DNA from: an uncultured bacterium | GTDB lineage: Bacteria; Actinomycetota; Coriobacteriia; Coriobacteriales; Coriobacteriaceae | NCBI GenBank assembly: GCA_905214435.1 | Contig: CAJMMA010000005.1 | Location: 3,525 to 67,524 of the forward strand | Direction: 5' to 3' | Length of the DNA: 64,000 nt | Shown: in pieces, positions 33,976-41,193 of the stretch | How the letters are laid out: each line of letters starts with the position of its first letter | How positions within the stretch are numbered: position 1 is the first letter of the stretch | Translations under genes and position numbers: made by a program | The notes under the pieces: generated by a model | Databases searched by the model: none | What the model was told of the DNA's origin: nothing | Seen by the model: the letters and a program-made list of their open reading frames with translations, nothing else

Positions 33976-34159
33976 AAAAGAAAAGCCCCCGTTGCCGGAG
34001 GCTTTCAATTTCGGTTGGTGCGGCGTATAGGATTCCGCGCATCCGCTGCGCGGATCCGCACCGGCTTCGCCCGCCTGCCGGCGGACTCGCCCGCTCGCTA
34101 AAAACGCTCCGCGTTTTCTTGACGCTCGCGCCTCGACCGAGGTTCGAATCCATGCGGTG
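33976..34159 (-). repeat. T-loop-junction element, copy D (same architecture as copy A)
   Basis: Terminator plus truncated tRNA-Arg 3' end (34016-34035), core 34036-34138, and inverted T-loop motif 34139-34159. By my count the core differs from copy A at about six positions. A further isolated inverted T-loop motif lies at 33948-33968. Confidence 0.8.
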
Positions 34160-34206
34160 GCGGCATAAAAGAAAAGCCCCCGTTGCCGGAGGCTTTCAAT
34201 TTCAAT

Positions 34207-34283
34207 TGGTGCGGCGTATAGGATTCGAACCTATGACGTTCTGATTCGTAGTCAGACCCTCTATCCAGCTGAGGTAACGCCGC
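34207..34283 (-). tRNA. tRNA-Arg (anticodon ACG), copy 3
   Basis: 77 nt identical to copies 1 and 2. Confidence 0.92.
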
Positions 34284-34360
34284 AGCGCAAGACATATAAA
34301 ACCACTTTAGCTTATTGGAGTCAAGCACAATTTCAAACTTTTTTGTGGAACGCAGTCTTG

Positions 34361-34738
34361 TCATGCTGCTCCGCATATACCGCCATTCCCCGTACGATCG
34401 ATTGGCTTTTCGATCACGTCAAACTTAGCATCAAGTTCCCTCAGGAGCGATCTCACCCGCTGGGCACAATCATAATCGGCAAACGAGATGCTCAACATGC
34501 GAGCAACCTGATTAGATGTCTGGACCCCATAGAAATGCTCTAGGGCCACAAGCCCCTCGTGCGCCACAAACGTCTCAACCACATGAGGCGACTCCTCGTA
34601 GCACCATTGCGTCAACGGCCCCTCGCTCGTCTGTCGAACCACCAGGCCACCCATGCCAGACGGCTCACACGTCACAAGCAGGTACTCCCCGCCCTCGTCG
34701 CTCTCAAACAAAACCACCCGATCATCAAACAGCTCCAT
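34361..34738 (-). CDS. Small hypothetical protein (125 aa)
   Basis: ORF with an acidic, globular-looking sequence (MELFDDRVVLFESDEGGEYLLVTCEPSGMGG...). No motif I recognise and no clear SD checked. Confidence 0.45.
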   Translation of the reverse strand: MELFDDRVVLFESDEGGEYLLVTCEPSGMGGLVVRQTSEGPLTQWCYEESPHVVETFVAHEGLVALEHFYGVQTSNQVARMLSISFADYDCAQRVRSLLRELDAKFDVIEKPIDRTGNGGICGAA

Positions 34739-34854
34739 CGCGTCCCCTTTCTCTCGCTCTTATTTAGCAAAAGCATAGCAGGTAGATGGCTGTATACAGA
34801 ACAGTTGTTCGTGTGTTTTCTATTGAGCTGTCCGCACAGCATGGTATGGCCGCA

Positions 34855-34887
34855 CACAAAAAGGGCACCCCAAAAAGGAGTGCCCTA
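34855..34887 (-). terminator. Intrinsic terminator of serS
   Basis: Minus-strand reading: AGGGCACTCC-ttttt-GGGGTGCCCT followed by ttttgtgtg, about 20 nt after the serS stop. Confidence 0.75.
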
Positions 34888-34909
34888 GCAAATCGCTTAT
34901 GCAGCCAAT

Positions 34910-36193
34910 CTACGCGACCGGCTCGATCTTCTCGAGGCCGCCCATGTAGGGACGCAGAACCTCGGGGATCGTGATGGTGCCGTCGGCGTTCTGGTAGTTC
35001 TCCAGAATGGCTGCCATGGTACGGCCAGCCGGCAGACCGGAACCGTTGAGGGTGTGCAGATAGCGCGAACCCTTGAAGTTCTCGGGGTCGCGATACTTGA
35101 TGTTGGCGCGACGGGCCTGGAAGTCACCGCAGTTGGAGCAGGAGCTGATCTCCTTGTAGGCGTTGTAGCTCGGCAGCCAGACCTCGACGTCGTAGGTCTG
35201 ACGGGCAGAGAAGCCCAGGTCGCCGGTGCACAGGCTAATCACGCGATACGGAAGACCCAGCTGCTGCAGCAGGAACTCGGCCTCGGCGGTCATGCTCTCG
35301 AGCTCCTTGTCGGACTCCTCCGGCTTGGCAAACTTGACCATCTCGACCTTGTCGAACTCGTGCTGGCGAATGATGCCGCGGGTATCGCGACCAGCGGAGC
35401 CGGCCTCCTCGCGGAAGCAGGGGGTGAAGGCGGTGTAGCGGCGCGGCAGGGTATCGGCGTCGAGGACCTCACCGGCGTGCAGGTTGGTGAGCACGACCTC
35501 GGCGGTGGGGATCAGGAAGTTGTCGCCCGAGACGTGATAGGCGTCGTCCTCGAACTTGGGCAGCTGGCCCGTGCCGAACATGGTCTGACGCTTGACGACG
35601 ATGGGCGGCCACCACTCCTTAAAACCACGGCTGGTGTGCGTATCGAGGAAGAAGTTGATGAGGGCGCGCTCAAGACGGGCGCCGGCGCCACCGAGAACGG
35701 TGAAGCGGCTGCCGGAGAGCTTGTTGCCGCGCTCGAAGTCAAGGATGTCGAGATCGGTGCCCAGATCCCAGTGCGGCTTAAAGTCGAAGTCGAACTCGCG
35801 CGGGGTGCCCCAACGACGGCGTTCGATGTTCTCGTCCTCGTCCTTGCCGTACGGCGTGGCCTCGCAAGGAATGTTGGGCAGGTGAGCCATGAAGTCGTAC
35901 TGCTCCTGCTCGAGGGCGGTGCGGCGCTCGGCCAGACCGTCAATTTTCTCGTTGACGGCGCGCACGGCCTCTTTGGCGGCCTCGGCCTCGTCCTTCTTGC
36001 CCTCCTTCATCAGGGCGCCGATCTTCTTGGACTCGGCATTGCGCGTGGCTTGAAGTTCCTCGACCTCGGTGATGACGGCACGACGCTCGTCGTCGAGCTC
36101 AAAGAACTTCTCGCGATCCCAAGACGTCTGGCGGTTAGCCATGGCGACATCGATGGCATCGGGGTTCTCGCGAACAAACTTGATATCAAGCAT
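34910..36193 (-). CDS. serS: Serine--tRNA ligase
   Basis: [22 protein letters not shown]... coiled-coil N-arm and class II core ([43 protein letters not shown]). Start taken at ATG 36193, preceded by GGAGGATCTA. The track ORF begins 27 nt upstream. Confidence 0.95.
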   Translation of the reverse strand: MLDIKFVRENPDAIDVAMANRQTSWDREKFFELDDERRAVITEVEELQATRNAESKKIGALMKEGKKDEAEAAKEAVRAVNEKIDGLAERRTALEQEQYDFMAHLPNIPCEATPYGKDEDENIERRRWGTPREFDFDFKPHWDLGTDLDILDFERGNKLSGSRFTVLGGAGARLERALINFFLDTHTSRGFKEWWPPIVVKRQTMFGTGQLPKFEDDAYHVSGDNFLIPTAEVVLTNLHAGEVLDADTLPRRYTAFTPCFREEAGSAGRDTRGIIRQHEFDKVEMVKFAKPEESDKELESMTAEAEFLLQQLGLPYRVISLCTGDLGFSARQTYDVEVWLPSYNAYKEISSCSNCGDFQARRANIKYRDPENFKGSRYLHTLNGSGLPAGRTMAAILENYQNADGTITIPEVLRPYMGGLEKIEPVA

Positions 36194-36304
36194 TAGATCC
36201 TCCGGCGATATACATTCCATTTAGGTTGCAACCTTGTACATGTATGGGCAAGTATATACTTATGAGCGTTTACGACCCAACTCAACTACGCAAGAAGGCA
36301 CCCA

Positions 36305-36478
36305 ATGGACGCAGTTTTTTCCTTTTTGTTTGGCACCCGCACCGGTTTTGCCATCCTTTTCGCCGGCGGCATCCTGCTGTTTGCGATTATTGCCTTTGTA
36401 ATGGAGAAGCGCACCCATAAGATGTATGTCGACCGCGGCCCCAAGTCCGAGGACGAAGAAGACAGCTTCTGGGACTAA
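36305..36478 (+). CDS. Possible small membrane protein (57 aa), below the ORF-track length cutoff
   Basis: ATG 36305 preceded by caAGAAGGcaccca. Translation MDAVFSFLFGTRTGFAILFAGGILLFAIIAFVMEKRTHKMYVDRGPKSEDEEDSFWD has one clear TM helix then a charged tail. It ends 54 nt before a strong hairpin plus T-run (36532-36572). Confidence 0.4.
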   Translation: MDAVFSFLFGTRTGFAILFAGGILLFAIIAFVMEKRTHKMYVDRGPKSEDEEDSFWD

Positions 36479-36482
36479 CCTG

Positions 36483-36630
36483 CCAAAAAGGGACAGGTTT
36501 ATTTTGGTCGGTTTTATCTGGGCAAACGCAAGTGCCTCGCAACTGGAATTGAGCCAGTTGCGGGGCACTTTTCGCTAAAAGGACAAAACCGCAGGAAAAA
36601 CCTGCCAACATAAACCTGTCCCTTTTTTGG
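36483..36630. repeat. 20-nt inverted repeats (ccaaaaagggacaggtttat / ataaacctgtcccttttttgg) flanking a ~105-nt segment that contains a bidirectional terminator
   Basis: IR-L is 36483-36502 and IR-R is 36610-36630. Each is embedded between direct copies of aacctgccaa and ttggtcggtttta. The central hairpin is GTGCCTCGCAACTGG-aattgag-CCAGTTGCGGGGCAC-tttt (36532-36572). Confidence 0.7.
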
Positions 36631-36636
36631 TCGGTT

Positions 36637-37407
36637 TTACTGGAGGGTTGCGTCGATTGCCTTGACCAGGACGCTGCGCATGCCGGCGTCCTCGAGCGCA
36701 ACGACGCCCTTGATGGTGGCACCACCGGGCGAGCATACGGCATCCTTCATCGCCGCAGGATGCTGGCCAGTTGCAAGCTGCAGCTTTGCCGTACCCAGCA
36801 CCATCTGGCTCACAATGCGATAAGCATCCGCACGCGGGATACCGTGCTTGACCGCCGCATCGCCCAGGGCCTCGATTGCCATGGCGACAAACGCCGGAGC
36901 GCAACCACCCACCGTGCCGCCCACAAACAGCAGGCTTGTGTCGAGCTCGACGACAGCGCCAAGCTTACCGAGCAGGTCGAGCACCACAGCACGCTGCTCG
37001 TCGTTAAGCGTCGAAGCCTTCTCGCAGGCGATGACGCCCTCGCCCACCGAAACCGGCGTGTTGGGCACCGTCGAGATATGCGCGACGCCCGGCAGGACCT
37101 GCTCCCACTTGGCACTGTCCCAGGTCCAGGCAACCGACAGAACGACCTTTTTGGCAAGAGCATCCTTGAGCGGGGCGAATACCTTCTCGATCATGTACGG
37201 TTTGACCGCAGCGACCACGATATCGGATGCGGCGACAACCTCGGCGGCATCGTGGCAGGCGACCATGCCGCGCGCCTCGCAGCGCTCAACCAGTGCGTCG
37301 TAGCGACCCGCGCAGGCGCACATGTCGCTCGCAGCTACACCGGCAGCGATCCAGCCATCGGCCATAGCGCTCGCCATATTGCCAAAACCGACAAATCCAA
37401 TCTTCAT
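36637..37407 (-). CDS. proC: Pyrroline-5-carboxylate reductase
   Basis: MKIGFVGFGNMASAMADGW Rossmann N-terminus and a C-terminal ...PGGATIKGV... block. Start taken at ATG 37407. Confidence 0.9.
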   Translation of the reverse strand: MKIGFVGFGNMASAMADGWIAAGVAASDMCACAGRYDALVERCEARGMVACHDAAEVVAASDIVVAAVKPYMIEKVFAPLKDALAKKVVLSVAWTWDSAKWEQVLPGVAHISTVPNTPVSVGEGVIACEKASTLNDEQRAVVLDLLGKLGAVVELDTSLLFVGGTVGGCAPAFVAMAIEALGDAAVKHGIPRADAYRIVSQMVLGTAKLQLATGQHPAAMKDAVCSPGGATIKGVVALEDAGMRSVLVKAIDATLQ

Positions 37408-37480
37408 ATCGCATAGTCCTTTCAGACACATTCCTCAAAACGAAAGGTATTGTCCCACGCCATTGTTTCGTATTGCCGAC

Positions 37481-37951
37481 CTATTTGTGATACGGCTCGC
37501 CACGACTGATCTTGCAGGCACGGTAAATCTGCTCCAGCAGCACCACACGCGCCAGGTTATGCGGCAAGGTAATGCGTCCAAAGCTGAGCATCTCGTCGGC
37601 TCGTGCGCGCACGTCATCGCTCACGCCGTCCGAACCGCCGATTACAAAGGCAATGTCGCTGCTGCCTCGCAGCATAAGATCGTCGAGCCTCGCCGAAAAC
37701 TCCTCGCTCGAGCGCTCCTTGCCCTCGATAGCCAGCAGGATCACATGCGCTCGAGATGGCAAGGCGGCAAGAATCGCCGCCCCCTCCTTGTCGCGCGCGG
37801 CATCCACGCCGCCCGCCTTAGCCGGGTCGATATCGGCCACCTCGCGGATATCCACCTTGGCATAGGCACCTAGGCGCTTGGTGTACTCAGCGCACGCGTC
37901 CTTCCAAAAGCGCTCCTTGAGCTTACCGACGCAAACGACGGTGTATTTCAC
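37481..37951 (-). CDS. rlmH: 23S rRNA (pseudouridine1915-N3)-methyltransferase RlmH (SPOUT)
   Basis: 156 aa. MKYTVVCVGKLKERFWKDACAEYTKRL..., ...FVIGGSDGVSDDV..., ...ITLPHNLARVVLLEQIYRA are RlmH family blocks. Confidence 0.9.
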   Translation of the reverse strand: MKYTVVCVGKLKERFWKDACAEYTKRLGAYAKVDIREVADIDPAKAGGVDAARDKEGAAILAALPSRAHVILLAIEGKERSSEEFSARLDDLMLRGSSDIAFVIGGSDGVSDDVRARADEMLSFGRITLPHNLARVVLLEQIYRACKISRGEPYHK

Positions 37952-37957
37952 GCGCGT

Positions 37958-38896
37958 CTACTCCTTCGAATCGTTTTGAACTTTGCCGGCGGCCAGCATC
38001 TGCTCGAACATCGAGGCCGACTGCGAAAAGTCGCTCGGCAGCACGACCGTCGAGGTTTTACCCGTGCGAGCGAACTCCGTCATCATCTCGGACCACTGCG
38101 TAAACATGAACAGTTGGTTGGCCTCGTCATTGCCGACACCCGTCTCCTGGATGATCTCGAGCGAATCTTTGATACCCAGCGCGATGGCCTTGCGCTGGTT
38201 GGCGATGCCCTCGCCCGCCTTTTCCATAGCCTCGGCCTCGGCGGTCGCCTCGGTGACGCGCTTGATGCGGTCGGCCTCGGCGAGCTCCTGCGCGGCAGCG
38301 CGCTTGCGCTGGGCAGCGTTGATGTCGTTCATGGAGTTCTCAACCTCGGTCGGCAGTGCGATTTTGGTGATGAGCGTCGACACGAGGGTGAAGCCGTAGG
38401 CGGCCATCTGCTCGGAAACGGTAGCGTTGACATCCTTGGCGATGTCATCCTTCTTGGCAAAGACCTCATCGAGTGTGTAGACGGGGATGGAGGAGCGCAG
38501 GGCGTCGGTGATGAAGTCGCGCATCTGGTCGACGGGCTCCTGCAGCATGTAGTAGCTCTTGTAGATGCCCGAATCTGCCGGGCCGGCGCCCATGTCGTAG
38601 CTCACGTGGTACTGAGCGGAGACCTCAAGACCGATGGTCACGTTGTCCTGGGTCTTAACGTCGATGCCAAAACCGTTTTTCATGGTGCGCAGGCTCACCG
38701 TGGCGGCCTTGCGGTCGATCACGGGCACCTTCACGTGGAAGCCCGCGTTGACGATACGGTTGAACTTACCCAAGCGCTCGATGATTACGGCGTGCTGCTG
38801 TTCAACGACATAACAGGCGTTGGGGAGCAGCAGCAACAGGATGATGATGGGAATCAAAAGGCTGGTAAGGGCGGCGATGATACCGGAAAACAGCAT
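37958..38896 (-). CDS. SPFH/Band-7 (stomatin/prohibitin-like) membrane protein
   Basis: N-terminal TM then VVEQQHAVIIERLGKFNRIVNAGFHVKVPVIDR... SPFH core and an Ala/Glu-rich coiled C-terminus. Start at ATG 38896 after caGAGGAGAGacc. Confidence 0.85.
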   Translation of the reverse strand: MLFSGIIAALTSLLIPIIILLLLLPNACYVVEQQHAVIIERLGKFNRIVNAGFHVKVPVIDRKAATVSLRTMKNGFGIDVKTQDNVTIGLEVSAQYHVSYDMGAGPADSGIYKSYYMLQEPVDQMRDFITDALRSSIPVYTLDEVFAKKDDIAKDVNATVSEQMAAYGFTLVSTLITKIALPTEVENSMNDINAAQRKRAAAQELAEADRIKRVTEATAEAEAMEKAGEGIANQRKAIALGIKDSLEIIQETGVGNDEANQLFMFTQWSEMMTEFARTGKTSTVVLPSDFSQSASMFEQMLAAGKVQNDSKE

Positions 38897-38959
38897 GGTC
38901 TCTCCTCTGATAGGCACACGTTGGTACTAGGATACCCGTCCAAGGAGATCGTGCACAAC

Positions 38960-39143
38960 AAAAAGAGCTCCCATTGCTGGGAGCTCTTTCAATCCATGGT
39001 GCGGGCGAAAGGACGTCCGCCTATCCGCTGCGCGGATCCGCACCGGCTTCGCCCGCCTGCCGGCGGACTCGCCAGCTCGCTAAAAACGCTCCGCGTTTTC
39101 TTGACGCTCGCTCCTTCACAGGTTCAAGTCCCTGCGATGGGCA
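38960..39143 (-). repeat. T-loop-junction element at tRNA-Leu
   Basis: Duplicated terminator (agagctcccattgctgggagctct) plus an 18-nt tRNA-Leu 3' end (38997-39014, tggtgcgggcgaaaggac). This is joined in the T-loop to a core (39015-39117) whose central ~80 nt match the Arg-associated core with one substitution. It ends in acaGGTTCAAGTCCctgcgatgggca (39118-39143). Confidence 0.8.
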
Positions 39144-39185
39144 CATAACAAAAAAGCCCCCATTGCTGGGAGCTCTTTCAATCAA

Positions 39186-39272
39186 TGGTGCGGGCGAAAG
39201 GACTTGAACCTTCATGGGGTTGCCCCCATACGGACCTGAACCGTACGCGTCTGCCAATTCCGCCACGCCCGC
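39186..39272 (-). tRNA. tRNA-Leu (anticodon CAG)
   Basis: Minus-strand reading: GCGGGCG-TG-GCGGAATTGGCAGACGCG-TACGG-TTCAGGT-CCGTA-long variable arm-GAAGG-TTCAAGT-CCTTT-CGCCCGC-A-CCA. 87 nt, class II. Confidence 0.9.
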
Positions 39273-39315
39273 GTGCAGGAATTAGAATAACGGAGCGCCA
39301 TCGCGAACGCAAGAA

Positions 39316-40233
39316 CTATTTTTGAAAAAGTTTGCAGGCATTTTCCCAAGCGGCTTGCGCGATTGTTTCGGCGTCCTCACCAGTGCGATCGACACGGTCG
39401 TTAACCAGCGCGTTTGCCGTAATGGAGATCATTGCGGGCTCGCATTCAAGACCGCGGATGGGCTCCGGAGCCATATACGGGCAATCCGTCTCGAACAAAA
39501 TGCGGTCGAGCGGGGTCGCCGCAAATGCCTCGCGCACGTCGTCGTTGCGCTTAAAGGTGGCCGCACCACCATAGGCGATATAGCAGCCCAGCTTCACAAA
39601 GCGCTCCATCGTGGCGCGGTCCTCGCCAAAGCAGTGCAGCACACAACCGGCCTGGGGCACGCCCACCTCACGAAGCACGTTGTACGCATCCATATGCGAG
39701 GTGCGCTCCCCATCCGAGTCCTCGTGCCGCAGGTGCAACTCCACCGGCACGTTACGGCACGCGGCAAGCTCGAGCTGGCGCGCCATGCAGTCAATCTGCA
39801 CGTTATGAGGTGCCGGCGCGATATCGTCATCATAGTCCATGTGGTAGTCCAGGCCGATTTCGCCAATACCGGCGCATAAGGGGTCATCGAGTGCGGCAAC
39901 GACCTGTGCGTGAACGTCGTCGGTATAGTCCGGCGCGCCATACGGATGCACGCCGGCAAGATACTTGATCTGCGGGATATCCTGCATCGGCAGAATCTCG
40001 CGCGTCAGCCAGTCGCTATAGTCCGTCACGCTGCGCTTATCGGCAATGGGATCGAAGACCGTCACCAACAGGTCGATGCCCGCGGCTTTGGCGCGCACGA
40101 GTGTCTCGGGCACTTCTTTGCCCCAAAACGGAAGCAGATGCGCATGCGTGTCAGCAAGCGGTGCCAAGGGCACGGGACAAGCAACCGTCTTCTTTTTCTT
40201 GGTAAACGTCACGCGTTCGGCATTAGGCATCAT
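39316..40233 (-). CDS. tatD: TatD-family metal-dependent hydrolase/DNase
   Basis: LADTHAHL..., ...GEIGLDYH..., ...LHCF... and ...ETDCPYMAP... motifs of TatD. It sits in the conserved metG-rsmA-tatD neighbourhood. Confidence 0.85.
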   Translation of the reverse strand: MMPNAERVTFTKKKKTVACPVPLAPLADTHAHLLPFWGKEVPETLVRAKAAGIDLLVTVFDPIADKRSVTDYSDWLTREILPMQDIPQIKYLAGVHPYGAPDYTDDVHAQVVAALDDPLCAGIGEIGLDYHMDYDDDIAPAPHNVQIDCMARQLELAACRNVPVELHLRHEDSDGERTSHMDAYNVLREVGVPQAGCVLHCFGEDRATMERFVKLGCYIAYGGAATFKRNDDVREAFAATPLDRILFETDCPYMAPEPIRGLECEPAMISITANALVNDRVDRTGEDAETIAQAAWENACKLFQK

Positions 40234-41083
40234 GGATTAGCTCCTGGGCCAGACGGACAAAGTCGGCAACATCAAGCGTCTCGGCGCGCGTGGTGGGTGC
40301 GATACCGCAAGCCTCAAAGGCGGCATCGAGCACGTCCTTGGCAAAACCGTTGGCGCTCATGGAATTGCGGATGGTCTTGCGACGCTGAGCAAATGCAGCG
40401 TCAATCACGCGGGCCACAAATTCGCGATCGAGTTCTTCGGGCACCACACCGTCAACACGGTCGATACGCACGACGGCCGAGTCCACGTGCGGCGCCGGCA
40501 TAAAGCAACGCGGCGGCACCTCAAAGCGACCCGTCACCTGCGCATACAGGCCGAGCTTTGCCGTATAGCCGCCATAGGTCTTGTTGCCCGGCACTGCGGC
40601 AATGCGATCGGCAACCTCCTTTTGCACCATGACGACAGCGCGCTTAAGCGCGGGCATCGTCTGGAAGAACTGAAGAATGATCGTCGCCGCCACGTTATAG
40701 GGCAGATTCGCGACAAACACCGTGGGTTCACCACCGGCGGCCTGCTCAATCTGCTCCGGCGTCACCTTGAGCGCATCGCCCATGATAAAGCGGAAGTTGG
40801 CATAGTCGGCGGCGTGGGCATCGAGCACCGGCTCAAGCTCGGGATCGGCCTCAATGGACGTAACGCACGCCGCTTCCTGCAGTAACGCAAGTGTCAACGT
40901 TCCACAACCCGGACCCACCTCGAGTACGCGCTCGTCACCTGCAAGCTCGGCAAGCTCGCAGATACGCTCGATCACATGATTGTCGATTAGAAAGTTCTGG
41001 CCCAGGCGATGCTTGGTCGCAAGGCCAAACTCCTCCAGCAGCTCCCTGGTGGCCGTGGGGTTTGCCAAAGGCGAAGTTGTCAT
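40223..41083 (-). CDS. rsmA: 16S rRNA (adenine1518/1519-N6)-dimethyltransferase RsmA/KsgA
   Basis: HRLGQNFLIDNHVIERI, VLEVGPGCGTLT and VANLPYNVA are canonical KsgA blocks. Confidence 0.9.
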   Translation of the reverse strand: MTTSPLANPTATRELLEEFGLATKHRLGQNFLIDNHVIERICELAELAGDERVLEVGPGCGTLTLALLQEAACVTSIEADPELEPVLDAHAADYANFRFIMGDALKVTPEQIEQAAGGEPTVFVANLPYNVAATIILQFFQTMPALKRAVVMVQKEVADRIAAVPGNKTYGGYTAKLGLYAQVTGRFEVPPRCFMPAPHVDSAVVRIDRVDGVVPEELDREFVARVIDAAFAQRRKTIRNSMSANGFAKDVLDAAFEACGIAPTTRAETLDVADFVRLAQELIHDA

Positions 41084-41114
41084 GGTTGCCTCCTTAGCAT
41101 GATGGCGGCGTCTT

Positions 41115-41152
41115 GAAACAAAAGGGCATGGACCGTGGCGGCCATGCCCTTA
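41115..41152 (-). terminator. Intrinsic terminator after metG
   Basis: Minus-strand reading: AAGGGCATGGCCG-cca-CGGTCCATGCCCTT followed by ttgtttc. Confidence 0.65.
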
Positions 41153-41193
41153 CAGCTAAACAGCAAATTGCCGATATGGCGCTCGCGCGGTCT

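Noticed and set aside
33280-34290. Possible CRISPR array, suggested by regularly recurring ~60-nt identical segments
   Set aside because: The recurring unit is a tRNA 3' end plus its terminator. Spacing is irregular, the repeats are not short palindromic units with unique spacers, and no cas genes are present.
33254-34376. Several 60-120-aa ORFs on both strands across the tRNA-Arg array (for example 33254..33523, 33268..33630, 33486..33812, 34098..34376)
   Set aside because: They run through tRNA genes, terminators and the repeated core. The repeated peptide strings merely reflect the DNA repeats.
35054-36196. 380-aa plus-strand ORF, with similar cases at 1763..2830, 2793..3911, 10629..11558, 13054..14733, 41113..42330, 42331..43605 and 54158..55273
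   Set aside because: Each lies antisense to a gene with a confident functional assignment, and each has the repetitive G/A/L/V/R/D composition of GC-driven open frames.
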